Position numbers and translations under genes: made by a program | The notes under the pieces: generated by a model | The model's input: only the letters and a program-made list of their open reading frames with translations | What the model was told of the DNA's origin: nothing | The model's database searches: none | Shown here: positions 40,567 to 53,761 of the stretch, in pieces | Layout of the letters: each line of letters begins with the position of its first letter | Numbering within the stretch: the first letter of the stretch is position 1 | Origin: Proteromonas lacertae | Lineage: Eukaryota | DNA length: 64,000 nucleotides | NCBI GenBank assembly: GCA_002245135.1 | Contig: NGBS01000009.1 | Location: 62,001-126,000, forward strand | Reading direction: 5' to 3'

Positions 40567-43500
40567 ATGGAGAGAAGCCGTTTAAATTTGGACGTATGAT
40601 TGTTGTTTAATATGAAAATAGGAATATAAAGTGTTGAAAGAAGGTGTAAATGAAGTTTGTATTAGAAGTAATAATAAACGAAAACTGATTAGGATATTTA
40701 ATATAAGTAATTCAAGTGAGCTAATTTTTAGAAATATTGAACAAAAGTATTGTTATCTGAGTAATATTTCACTTCCTTGTGTTATTACTTCAAAAACATA
40801 TGTAGATGAGTTATATAAATGCTTAATTATGAAGAGAGATTATTATTGTCGAGATTTAGAAGAGATTATTCAAAGTGAATCATTTTCGAGAGATACTTGT
40901 AAAGTGATACTTTCAATATGTAATATGTTGATAATATTGAGTGAGTATGATGTGATTGTTGTTAATTTGAAGAGTTCAAATGTAGTATATGAAAGAGATG
41001 ATGATGTAAAGATTATGTGATTTATTCTTGAATGAAGTAAGAAGAGAAGAAGAAGAGAGTTTGTATGATATCTGCTTCAAAAGTCCAGAAGAGTTGAATG
41101 GATTAGAAGGCAATGATAAAAAGTTTAATATGGTCAATTGGTTGTATTTTATATGAAATATTGTTTAAGAAATTACCGTTTAATGAAGATGATAATATGA
41201 AATAAGACAATTAATAATATACTGAGATGTAAATACAGTTTTGATATAGAATGTGATGATTATGATATGAAAGAGATGATCAAAAGAATGTTGAAATTGA
41301 AAAATGAAGATAGATTGAGCTTAATAGAGTTGAAAAAAGAGATGATAAAGATGTGTGAAATAAAGAAAGATAATGATGGTTATTTAATGATAGTGAAAGA
41401 AAGAAAAGAAATACTATATAATAATGATTTGGAAACTCTAATAACTTCTGCCAAAAGAATTTTATATTGAAAATCATGAATATAAAAGTATAAATATATA
41501 TAATATTTGAAATAATAATGATTAATAGAAATTCGAGATGATTTAATAAAATTTTACAATAATAAACCCTAACGAAAAAGTATTGTCATTATTATTGATA
41601 ATGAAATTACACAAAAAAGATAATTCAATAAGTGATAAATTAAACTTTCAAATTCATCACCAATGTAAAGGGGAAAAATGTAATTTAGATGAAAAGATCT
41701 TTAATATTAGTAGTATCATTCAATCGAAAATGAAATAGCTGCATTTTATTCACATTATATGTTTGTTTTTGCTGAAGAAGGAATGAATTATATGTTTAGA
41801 ATATTTAAAATTAGTGAATAGAACAAAACTTCAATTCCGTATCTTTTTTATTATTCAATTGATTTAGATTGGATTAATATTCCAATTAAACAACAATCAT
41901 TATTCGGATCATGTTTTTCCCAATTAATATATTTGCAAGGAATTAGATTTATCATTTTGTCGTCTTACATATCATTTCGTTGAATCATTTATAGAATCAA
42001 TTCCATCTATGAAATTGAAATATATTAATTTTTGTTGTATATATTTTGTTGATTATTGTTCTGTAATAGTTAATCCAATTGGAATAAAGGGGTTGAAATT
42101 ATTACTTCCCTATTTTCCATTATTAATCAATAACAAAAGTGAGTTAATTCTATATGGAATGAAATTAAATGATGAATCAATATCTTTAATGTTAAACTGT
42201 GGAAATATAACAAATAATAATATCATATCACTTGCTTTAGGAAGTAATTTAATAAGTGATAAAGGCTTAGAATTATTATCTTACTAATTTCAATCAATTT
42301 CCTAATTTGAAGCAATTGAATCTTGTAAATAATCATATAAGTGACAAAGGAATAATATCTTTATCTGAAAATCTATCCCATTTAAAAGACTTAGAATATG
42401 TAGATATATCTTTAAATAAAATTGAATATTTCGGAATCAAAACATTGTTTACTAACACATCAAATAACCCCAAACTTCACACAATTAAATGTGATATATA
42501 TAAAGAAGGAATACTTGAAGATATTGAAATTATGAAATCAGACAAATGTAAAGAAATTGAAAAGATTAAATCTGAGTAGTATAATTTATTATTTTATTTC
42601 TATTATGTAGATAGAAATCTATCATTCAAAAGAATAGAACTGCTGATTAACAATTTATCTTCATTTTCCCTTCCTAAAACAACTGTTTTTAAATGGAAAT
42701 TTAATAGGCGATTTAGGAATGAAACTCTTGTCTCCACATTTGCATTTATTAAAAGATGATATTGGTAGAATGAATTGTTCAAGTATAATATTATTATTAT
42801 TTATTGTTTAATAGAAATGGGTTTATCTTCAACTGGATTTAATTATTTATTAGATGGTTTAAAGAATTTTAATGAAAAGATCATGTTAGTTGATGTAAGT
42901 GAAAATAATATTGATGCAGATGGGATAGAATATTTGCTGAATTATGTGAAAGAGAATAACAATAGTTAAAAAGTTGCAGATTCATGGTATATTATTACAT
43001 ATTTAATATACTTATGAAATAGATAACCCAATAGGTAATTCTGGATTTAAATTATTATTAAACAATTTAAATTTGATAGATTATTTTGGAATAGTAAATT
43101 TGAGTAATTTATCAATAGATGATGAAAGTGTGATGCTGTTAATAGACATTAGTTCGATAAAAAGATGCAATGCAAATAAATCTCAATGGAAATAATATTC
43201 ATATGAAAGGATTGAAATTATTAGAAACAATGGAGTTTCTATCTATAAATCCATTAATAGATGTGAAATGTTCATCATGGACAAATGATGAATTGGAATA
43301 TTATTTGAATGATTGTATTAAAAAGAAAAGATGTTATTATGATTTTTCGAGTATAGATATTTGTTTATAATGAAATAGATCTAAACATCAGCGATTTTCA
43401 TATTGCATTAGTTAAACAAGTTAATTATGATAAATTAGATTTATCCAATAATAAAATCACTTATAAAGGATTAAAAGAATTATTTGATACTTTATCAAAA

Positions 43501-43958
43501 GATGTAATATATATATTAATATATAATAATGAAATTGGAGATGAGGGAGTAGAGATAATATGTAAAAATTTGGATATATTTGTCGAAACAGTCAATTTTG
43601 ATCCAAATTCATTAAATCTTTCAAGTATTTTCTGATTATATTTATAATCTGAATAGACATTGGAATGAGTGAAAGGGGATTGAAAATGTTAATAGAAAGA
43701 TTGAAAGGTTATGAACAATTAGAAAAAATGAATATATCAGGAAATGAATTAGATGAAAATGAATTAAGATTAATGAAAGAAAACCAAGAAGTGTTTTTAT
43801 ATTTAGACGAATTATCAATAACAGTAAAAGAGAATATAGATAATACAGTACTTAAATCATTTTTAGAAACATTTTCAACAATTAGATTAATCAAGTTAAA
43901 TGGAATTTCAGAAGAAAAAAGGAAAAAATTATCAAAAGAATTCTTCAATATTGAATAA
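40567..43958 (+). pseudogene. Pseudokinase + leucine-rich repeat (RNI-like) gene, heavily frame-disrupted
   Basis: NLKSSNV, KSPEE, IWSIGCILYE and many LxLxxNxIxDxG repeats; about 12 +1 shifts. Confidence 0.7.
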
Positions 43959-44024
43959 TTAATACAAATAATATTCTATAACAATAATAATAAAATGAAA
44001 ATTTTTAGATTATTATTCTCCATT

Positions 44025-45947
44025 CTATTCATCCATAAAGAAGTAATTTCCACTACTCTTTTGTTCTTTATCTTTTATTGAATCTTTCTTGTTGATTCGA
44101 GGTCGGAAATTTGTTGGATCTCTTCTAAAGGTGATTTGTAAAGCATTTAAAAATTTATTCATTCCACTTAATAATGGTTGAGGAGAAGCTGCACAACAAT
44201 CTCGAGCAGGAATTCCAGAATATACTACTACACGATCAGCTAAATAAGTTGCCATTATAAAATCATGCTCTACTACAAAGCCAGTTTTCTTTGAATGTAA
44301 TATAAATCGTTTTATTACTTTCGATGCAACTATACGTTGTTCAGAATCTAAATAAGCAGATGGTTCATCGATTAAATAGATATCAGCAGGTTTACCTAAA
44401 CATAAGGTTATAGCTACTCGTTGTAATTCACCACCAGATAAATGCGTTACTTCTTGATCATATAATGGCTTCAATATTCATAGGTTTAAGAACATCGGTG
44501 TTAAATTGAGGATGTAAAAATGCAGCTTTGATTTTACTTAATAATAACATTCTAACAGTTCCTTCAAAATGAGGACTGATCTTTTGAGGTTTATAACTGA
44601 TATTTAGCTGAGGAACACTTACATCTTCACCTTTCTCTTCTTCATCACTTTTTATTAAACCTGCTAACATTCGAATAAATGTTGTTTTACCAGTTCCATT
44701 TTCACCCAATAATACGATTATTTCACTATCTTTAAATCCACCAGCTTCAATTCGTAATTTGAATTCATTATCTTTAGTTTTTAATGTTTTAGTCATTGAA
44801 GGATAACTATATTGTTTTATTGTATTCTTCTTCTTTTCATCATCTGTTGTTTCAGCAATTTTAAATGTTAGACCTTCTTCTCGGAATCTCAAATTTTCAG
44901 TTGGAACAAATCCACCTAAGAAGATATTAATACCATCTCTAACATTGAATGGCATTGTTACTACACCATAAGCTCCAGGAGTTCCATATAATACACAAAC
45001 AAAATCAGATAAATAATCTAATACAGCTAAATCATGCTCAACTACGATTACATAACCTTCTGGTAAATCACTTACGATTGATCGAATTACTTCAGCAGCT
45101 CGTAATCTTTGTCGAACATCTAAATAACTAGATGGTTCATCAAATAAATAAACATCACTATCAGATATTGCAACGATACAGATTGTAAAACGCTGTAATT
45201 CACCTCCAGATAACATCTCCACACTTCGTTCTTGTAAATAATCTAAATCTAATAATGGTAATAGAATATCTAATTTATGACGTTTATCTTTTTTTCTTAA
45301 TATTTCACCTACTATTCCTTTTACTGCTTTTGGAATATTATCTACATATTGAGGTTTTATTGAAGCTTTTAAATTGTCTTCTACGATCTTTTTGAAGTAG
45401 TTTTGTAAATCACTTCCTCGGAAATAGGTTAAAATATCACTCCAATCTGGAGGACTTTCAAAACGACCTAAATTTGGTTTAACTTTTGCAGATAATATCT
45501 TTAAAGCAGTCGATTTGCCTATACCATTTGTTCCTACTAAACCTAATACTTGACCTGGACGAGGTGTTGGTAATCTATGAAGTTTAAATGCATTTGGTCC
45601 AAAACGATGAATTACTTCATTATTTAAAGCCTATTCAATGTAAATTAGATATATCAGAATATACTTTTGGTAAGTTGATGATGGTGATTGCTTCAAATGG
45701 ACATTTTTTTACACATATACCACAACCAATACAAAGTTCTTCAGATATAAAGGAAATTTTGTCTTTTTTAGTTACTTCAATGCATAATTTGCCTTGAGCA
45801 TTGACTGGACAACTTCTTTTACAATCTAATGCGCATCTGGATGGTTTGCACTACGAATATAAGCAAATTCAATATAGAATGATATACTTTGTCTGAATCT
45901 ACGATAGCTACACGAGTATTTTCGTCCTGGGCTCCTTTCTTACTCAT
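44025..45947 (-). CDS. ABCE1: ABCE1/Rli1 ribosome recycling ATPase (one extra base at about 44460 as assembled)
   Basis: Fe-S cysteines ([13 protein letters not shown]), GTNGIGKST, two [17 protein letters not shown], and FRPRINK. Confidence 0.97.
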
Positions 45948-46055
45948 TATTCTAAACAAATGCAATTTGGGTGTTACAAAAAATTATCCCCAAAATTTTC
46001 GATCAAATCAGTTTGAAAATTTGAAATTTGAATTTAAAATAGCTATTATTCTGCA

Positions 46056-46646
46056 ATGAGTCAATCTGAATCTCCAATTGCCAATTTAAATGAAACACAA
46101 TTACAAAATGATCCTTCCATGTCAATTGATGATAGTTTTGCTCCACCATCTTGTCATCCAACAAAGACAACAAATGAATCAATTGATTCATGCTGCGAAT
46201 CCATTAAAAACACCACTTGTCAAACAACTTCGTTTGGACGATTTAGAAGGATCTTCTTTTTCAATCCCAGCAACACCTATATCAACAACCAAAATACCAT
46301 TTAGCAGAGTATCAACTCCAACTTCATTGATGAAATCATATTTGACCAGATCATCATGTAAAGCAAGAAGAATTATATCTCCTCAACATTTTCAGCCCAC
46401 TATTACTATCAAACCAAAATTCACCATTATCTCCCCAACAAAAACAAAAGATATTAATAAATGAAGAAGATAATAATATCACAATATACAATGATGATTC
46501 AAATCCACCTTTATTAACAAACAAACCAACAATTCATTTTGGAAGTGTTTTATTAAATGATAAAGAAACCAGTTCAATATTATTAAAGAACAACAGAAAA
46601 AATGAAATTACATTGAATCTAGCAATTATTGATGATAAAAATGAAT

Positions 46647-46688
<42 letters not shown>

Positions 46689-47990
46689 GTTTATTTATTT
46701 AGAGTAAAAATGGTTATAAATTACTATGTGATTCAGTTGTTGAATTAAAAAGTAATGAAGTTAAAGAAATATTCGTACAGTTCAACCCAACAACACAGAA
46801 TCAATATATCAGTCTATTAAACATTGAAGTAAAATTATTAAGTGAAAAGAAAGAAGGAGAAGATATAATAAAGAATAAATTATTATACAAATATATGATT
46901 CCGTTGAATGGATTTGGTGGAAAATGTGATATTAATGTATATTTTATTAATTTATTTCATTTAATAGTGTTTTGTATATAATGATCCAATGAAATTAGAG
47001 TTAAATGGTAATGAATATGAAAATATTATACTTTTAAAGAATATTGGCACAAGAAGTGGTATAATATTCAGTATGATTGATGATCCAGAAAATATGATAA
47101 ACGAAGAGTTAAAGAAATCAATAGAAATAATTCCAAATAATTTGATATTACACAGTGGTGATGAGATCAATATTAATGTATCAATAAATAAAGAAATCTA
47201 TGAGAAATACTGTATTAATGAAGGTATTAAATTCACCATTCTAATCGCTTGGAATGAAGAGATCAATAGAATGAAAACTTATTATAATATGAAAGATAGT
47301 AGTGAATTATTAAAGTTAATGAAATCTAATTATGTTATAGAAAGTGATATTACTGAAGATGAGTTGAAGTTTATAAATATTGAAAGTGAAAAAATGGTAA
47401 TGGATTTAAGAATATTAAATGAAGAAGATAATAAAAACACAATAAAAATATTGAAATTAAATGAATTGAACAGAATATTTGAATATTTCCACTATAATGA
47501 GAGTATGAATAGTATATTTATTGATTGTGAAATTACATCAAATAACAATATAAAATCAGAAAAAATAGACAATGTTATAAACAAACTAGAAATGATAGAA
47601 GAAAATGGATTATTATTATCTTCAGAAAATAATAATGAAGATAAAGAAAATAAAGATTCAAATAATATCAGTAATAAGAGAGAAGGTGTTTTCTTTAATG
47701 ATACCTATATTGTCTTCCCAAGTTGTCGATTAGGTGAAACTGTTACACGAAATGTTAAATTATGTAATCGATCTCCCAATAAAGTGACTGTTCAATTACA
47801 TCAGTTACAATTGCCATATATATTACCTAAGATAAAATATCATTTGAAGCCTTATACATACACTAGAGTGTTAATTTACTTTAGCCCAAGAATTGAGAGT
47901 GATATTGGTAAGAATATAATACATTTGAAAGGTACTGTAACTAATTGTGTTAAAGTTGAAGAAATTGAATTGAATCTAAAACAAAATTAA
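46056..47990 (+). CDS. Cep192/SPD-2-like ASH-domain centrosomal protein
   Basis: IHFGSV...ILLKN, VQFNP, YMIPLNGFGG, and a C-terminal FPSCRLGETVTRNVKLCNRS ASH-like domain. Two +1 disruptions (about 46190 and 46462). Confidence 0.65.
46652..46686. repeat. (TA)n microsatellite within an intron
   Basis: Uninterrupted TA run after the GT donor; shorter runs occur in many other introns. Confidence 0.9.
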
Positions 47991-48102
47991 CTATTCTTCT
48001 TTTTGTGATTATTCTATTGGTTATATTTAAAACACACAAACACATTAATATTATTCAACACATTAAATTAGTAAATTATACTTAAATAGAAAAGATGACT
48101 CT

Positions 48103-48832
48103 CTAATTATTAGGAATAGGATTTGTGTTTGGATCATAAATGATTTTCCTCCTCCTCTCTCTTATTCTAACCTTCAGAATGGAAATTTTACTAACATCAT
48201 ACAATGTACCAAGATGTCCAACTAATTCCACAATTAGAAAGATAGTTGAGAAAAACAATACTACCCATACCCTGTCCATATTATTTCTATATGTCTTTAG
48301 TAGATTATTAACTCTGTATCCATACATCCTCTTTTCTTGTATTAATAAATAAGGCCATTTTGATTCGACATATTTACTTGAATTACCTGGAGTAACTTCA
48401 TTGATTATATAATATAAAGCAATTAAAAATAATACAATAACAACAGTCTATAAATAAATAAATATAATAAATAAATATATATATATACTGTAATAAGCAT
48501 AGAAACTGCATTAACTCTATAATCTTTACAGAAATAACCAAATAATGATATTAAATCCAATAACAACAATAAAGCACTAAATGGAATGAGGAAATATGAA
48601 TAATTGACATTCATATAAGGTATATGATCAACATAACATAATTCATAATAACCACATAGAATACAAGGAACTGATAAACTACAGATTAAAGTGCCAAATA
48701 AACCAACATTATAAATTATAAAATAAACTATTAATAATAAAATAGAAACATAGAATATATACAAATGTGATAACTGTGTTGTATTTGTTCATACCATTGA
48801 TTATTATGTCCAAAATTACTCAACTAATAAAT

Positions 48833-48865
<33 letters not shown>

Positions 48866-49566
48866 TATACGAGTGGTCTAGATGCATTCAATATATTACA
48901 ACAAACATATGCTATTAACACTATATAATTGATTATATAATATGCAGCAGTCCAATCCCAAAGTAATCTTCTACCACAGGTTGTATTGTCTGTACTATAT
49001 AGCCAATAACTACCTAGTACAAACCAGAATAGTCGTAGAAATATGAAGAATAGTATGACTATATAATATGTTCTTAATCTTTCACTATTTTTAATATTTA
49101 TAAATACAAAAAATATACATTACTCCAACTTCATCTCCATCCCATAATACCATCAAAAACATAATCATTGAGAGAAAACATAGTATAGATTCTATTAGAA
49201 GGAAAATATGTATTGCATATTCACACGATCTCCCTATTTAAATGATATTTAATAAAATAATGTCGATACATTCTGTAATACTTATCACAAATCCAGCAAG
49301 ATAGTATCCAAACAATAAAAATAATGAAAAAACTAATTTTGTAATATATAACACTTTATACAGTATATAAATTTCTTACACATTGATGTATAGAAGCTGC
49401 AAACGATATCAACTATCTTATTTACGTTTAATACATAACTTACAACATCAAATACTATTTAATATTAACAAAGTAATGTACATGTTATGAGTTCAAGGTG
49501 CGGATCAGTAATATCATTCTGATATTGCGATGACATATCATTTGGTGGATTATTCTCTGTCGACAT
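48103..49566 (-). CDS. Multi-pass membrane protein of unknown function
   Basis: Several hydrophobic exons join in frame through short GT-AG introns (WFVLGSYWLY...C). Confidence 0.6.
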
Positions 49567-49751
49567 ACCTCTAGTTTCTTCAATAAATTTATCAAAAATT
49601 TAAAAATAGTTTGACTTAACTTGGCTCGGATTTCAAGCCCTCCAATAAGAAGTTGCATGTGTTTTTGACTTTTTGAAAGACCTTAATGTATGAGAATAAT
49701 AATATATATAACCTATCTAAATGAATATTTGCTTATATCTATATAGTCAAA

Positions 49752-50204
49752 ATGCGTATGAACGTATTGAGCGATGCTCTTAAAACCATTTTCAATGCAG
49801 AGAAGAAAGGAAAGAGACAAGTACTTGTCAGACCATCCAGCAAAGTTTTAATAAAAGTTTTACAAGTTATGCAAAAGAATGGTATCATATTATGAGATTA
49901 ATCTGATTAATAGGTTATATCAATGAATTCGAAGTTGTAGATGATCACAGATCAGGAAAAATTGTTATTAATCTCAACGGAAGAATTAATAAATGTGCTG
50001 CCATTTCACCAAGATACGATATCACAATTGACCAATTAGATCAATTAGCTAGTACTTTATTACCATCAAGACAAGTATTAATGTTCATTTTATAGTATTA
50101 AATAGTTCGGCCATGTATTACTTACAACAAGTATGGGAATTATGGATCATAATGAAGCTAGACGTAAGCATGTTGGTGGAAAATTATTAGGCTTTTTCTT
50201 CTAA
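49752..50204 (+). CDS. RPS15A: 40S ribosomal protein S15a (uS8)
   Basis: [10 protein letters not shown]...[12 protein letters not shown]...DDHRSGKI...[11 protein letters not shown]; two CDS introns and a 5'UTR intron. Confidence 0.98.
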
Positions 50205-50393
50205 GAAGCTTTGTTAAAGTCAAAACACAAAACTATTGATATATATTTTTTGGATTTGAGGATTGATTTATAATTACCATAACAAGAATGAAAAATTCTA
50301 TTCTTTTAGCTTTTATATTACATAATTTAATGATTAGAAATAAAGTCATTGTGTTTTGAAAATAAAACTGTTTTTGAAAAAAATTGAAATTTC

Positions 50394-51201
50394 ATGAAGA
50401 AGACAACTCAACACACAGCAAGTATAACATCTTTGTTTTTAATGTATAAGCCAAATTATCTGAGAAGAGATTTGATTCACATAAAACAGCTAATCCTTTT
50501 TCTACTAAAGCATTCAAGACGTATATTTGATAATTATTTTTCTGAAGAACATTCGCCAAGAGTTATTCAGCTGGAGATATACCATGTCGAATAGATCATG
50601 GTGGATCAGGAATTAACAAAGTTCAATGGAGTACACCTCCAGAAGTATTTATTTATTCATAATAGCGTAATAGGAACTAAATTATACACAACTATTACCT
50701 ATATTTGCCGATGGTCTTCGTGAAACAGATCATCCCTATTGTTTTTTAGCTAGACAAGGATTTATAGAGTTATGCAAAGCAGCAGAAGGCGCACCAATGA
50801 AAGTAACAGCAATATTACCAGCTGTAGTTCAATCTTTAAGAGGAAGTTTTATATCTAAAGATAATGGTGTATTTGAAGCTTGTTTAAATGCTTTAGAGTA
50901 TAAAATTTTTAGTTTAAATTTACTAGAGCATTATCTAATGTTGTAAAAGAAGCATTAAATCCACATTTGAAAGTTTTATATATCATTTTTTATTGAAATT
51001 TTAAGATTTTTAATAATTCTTTAATATATTTCAATAGTTCCTGTTTCAAGGAAATATCTAGAACCAAAACATAGAGAACAAACACAACATATATTAGAAG
51101 TATTATTATTATTATTATTAACATAATAGACATTAGAAGCAAATGGAGGGCCAGATTCAAAAGCAATTATTAAATCTAAAGTACCAACTTATATGGTATG
51201 A
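50394..51201 (+). CDS. PACRGL: PACRG-like protein
   Basis: GDIPCRIDHG, FADGLRETDHPY, LNPHLK, IIKSKVPTY. Includes an AT-AA intron. Confidence 0.88.
50980..51034 (+). other. U12-type (minor) intron with AT-AA termini
   Basis: 5' end ATATCATT, branch-like TTCTTTAAT, terminates ...TTTCAA. Restores HLKVLLVPVSRK; the overlapping GT-AG option is out of frame. Confidence 0.75.
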
Positions 51202-51570
51202 AATGGATGAAACAATCAGATGAGTAATAATAAATTATTTATTAAATATTAATTATATTGGCAATAATTAATACATTTAAGATTTAGTTGGTTTGATTCA
51301 TCATTTAATTACCTCATAAAATAAATAATGTGCCATAGTTTCAATCATGCTCTTGTTAAATGGTGTTAATAAGCATATTTATTGGTGTAAGACTTTAAAT
51401 TGCGTAACCGTTAATAATTATCATATTCTCATATATTGCATATATTGATCATATCATTATCTTGCATTTACTATGAAGTATGCATAAATAAACACATCAC
51501 TTCATGTTAAATTTACAAACGTTTGAAAAAAGCTTGAATTATTTAGTTTTGGAGGGAATTTAAAAAATCA

Positions 51571-52182
51571 ATGTCTGAAGGAGATACAAAAAGTATATAG
51601 AGTTACAACTATATTCATTTAGCAGCCACATTACCAGAAAGTATATTAAATAGTCCAGAGAGAAAAGAAGCATACACAAAATACCCAAATGGCACAGAAG
51701 TGGAAGATAAATATTTGAAGAGAGGGTTAAAAAAGTGGAATGGAGAATATAATGAAATTTGTGAGATTTGTGATGAAGGTGGTGATATACTTCTTTGTGA
51801 TTTCTGTAATTTAGTATTCCATCCTGAATGTTTAATCCCTCCAATGAAAAAAATACCAGAAGGTAATTGGGCATGTCCAGAATGTTCTGCCGATGTAGAG
51901 AAGATAAAGAATGCACCTTCACCAAAGAGATCAACTCGTGGTAGATCAGATGGTCAAGCCAAGAAAAGAAGAAAGCTTTCAGAAGAGGAGGAAGATGATG
52001 AAGAAGTTGTAGAAGAAGATGATGAAGAAGAAGAGTATGAAAGTCCAAAGAAAGAAGAAAAAAAGCCGAAAAAGTCGAAAAAAGTAGAAAAAGAAGATGA
52101 GAAGAATGAGAAGAAAGAAGACAATAAAGAAGAAAAAACAGAAGAAAAAAAGGAGGAAAAACCTGTAGAAGAGAAAAAGTAA
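51571..52182 (+). CDS. Small PHD-finger protein with E/K-rich tail
   Basis: CEICDEGGDILLCDFCNLVFHPECL...WACPEC; one intron. Confidence 0.9.
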
Positions 52183-52247
52183 ATAATTAGTCATAAAACA
52201 TCATATATTAGAATTAACACTATATTTTCTTGTAATTGTACATCAAC

Positions 52248-52821
52248 TTATAAAAAATTACTCATATTTTCAACTGTTCTTCTTTTACCTCTATGATCTG
52301 TTGTTCCATAACCTAAGGTCAGTATAGCAGCTGGAATATAATCATTAGATAAGCCTAAAACATCTCTTAAAGCATCTTCATCAAAAGCACCAACCCAACA
52401 AGATTCTATTTAATTATAATTCACATTTTATACGTATTCCACGAGCTTCAGCACTAAGTTGAGCATAGGTGCATGCAATATTAGCATCAGTGAAACAATA
52501 CCTTTTTATACCTCTTTCTTTATATTTTTTACCAGAAACATTTGGAAGAGCAGAAAATATCAACATGACTGGTGCTTTGGCAATCCACTCTTGTTCATAA
52601 GCGATTTTTTCAATTTTACTCTTAAGTTCATCAGATTGTACAACAGTAACGAAATATGCCTGTAAATTGCCTGCAGTAGGACAGGTAGTTACTTCCTCAA
52701 GTATTTCTTTAATTACTTTTTCTGAAATCCTCTTATCTTCATATCTATCATAAAACAGAAACTATCTATACTCTCTAACTGAATGTCTATTTATAACCAA
52801 ATTATGGAAGGCTTCTTGCAT
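52248..52821 (-). CDS. Nitroreductase-family flavoprotein (absent from the ORF track)
   Basis: NRHSVREY, CPTAGNLQ, DANIA, SCWVGAFDE, LTLGY; two introns. Confidence 0.92.
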
Positions 52822-52911
52822 TTAAAATCGACTTTTAAAATCTTAATAAATCAAATCAATATCAAGCTTATATTATTTTTTATTCTTTATTAATTCTCTT
52901 TACAAATAATG

Positions 52912-53691
52912 TTAATAACGACAACAATAATTATAATAACTATTAGATGGTTCTGATACGTTAACAACCTTATTCTTCTTCTCTTGTTGAGCTAATAAAT
53001 CAAATGGCAAACTATTATTCATCAAATAAAAATTAATATACTTTTCCAATACTTTAGTAGCTAATGTACGAAATGGTATATCTATATTTATTCCACTCTT
53101 CGAACTTGTTTCAAAAAAATCAACTCCAATTGAATTGGCATAATCTCTTGCAAATTCAGCTGCAACACTTTTACATGCTGTTAAATCACATTTTGTTCCA
53201 ACTAATACTTTTGGAATATTTGGGTTACTTTCGTTTACTTTAGTTAACCATTTATTGACATTTTGAAATGATTCTTCACTAGTTGTATCATATGCCTATT
53301 CATAAACATTTACTTCATTCTAATACTAATATTATTCCATGTGCATTTTGATAAAAATTCTTTGTAATTGTGTTAAATCTTTCTTGACCAGCTGTATCCC
53401 ACTATTAATGATTATAGAAACGGTATAATCATACTATTCTGAGCTTACATATTTTATTCATTATCACTTCTGTTTTACATTTCTAAAGAATATTATTTGT
53501 TTTTCACTATACCATATCAATCCCTATTGTTGAGATATAGTTTTGTACAAATGTATCATCTGTATATCTTACAAGTAAGCAGGTCTTTCCAACTCCTGCA
53601 TCACCGAATATAATGAATTTCATTATATAATCACTACAATACATACTATAAATTAACAAAAATACCATTCTAAACTATTTTCATCTGACAT
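52912..53691 (-). CDS. Rab GTPase (Rab1/8-like, divergent; absent from the ORF track)
   Basis: GDAGVGKT, STIGID, WDTAGQERF, GTKCD, ETSSK and C-terminal CCRY; five introns. Confidence 0.93.
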
Positions 53692-53761
53692 TAAATTAAT
53701 AAATAATAAATAATCAAAATAGAATTTAAAATAAGAATCAAGCTGTTCTCAAATCATTTAG

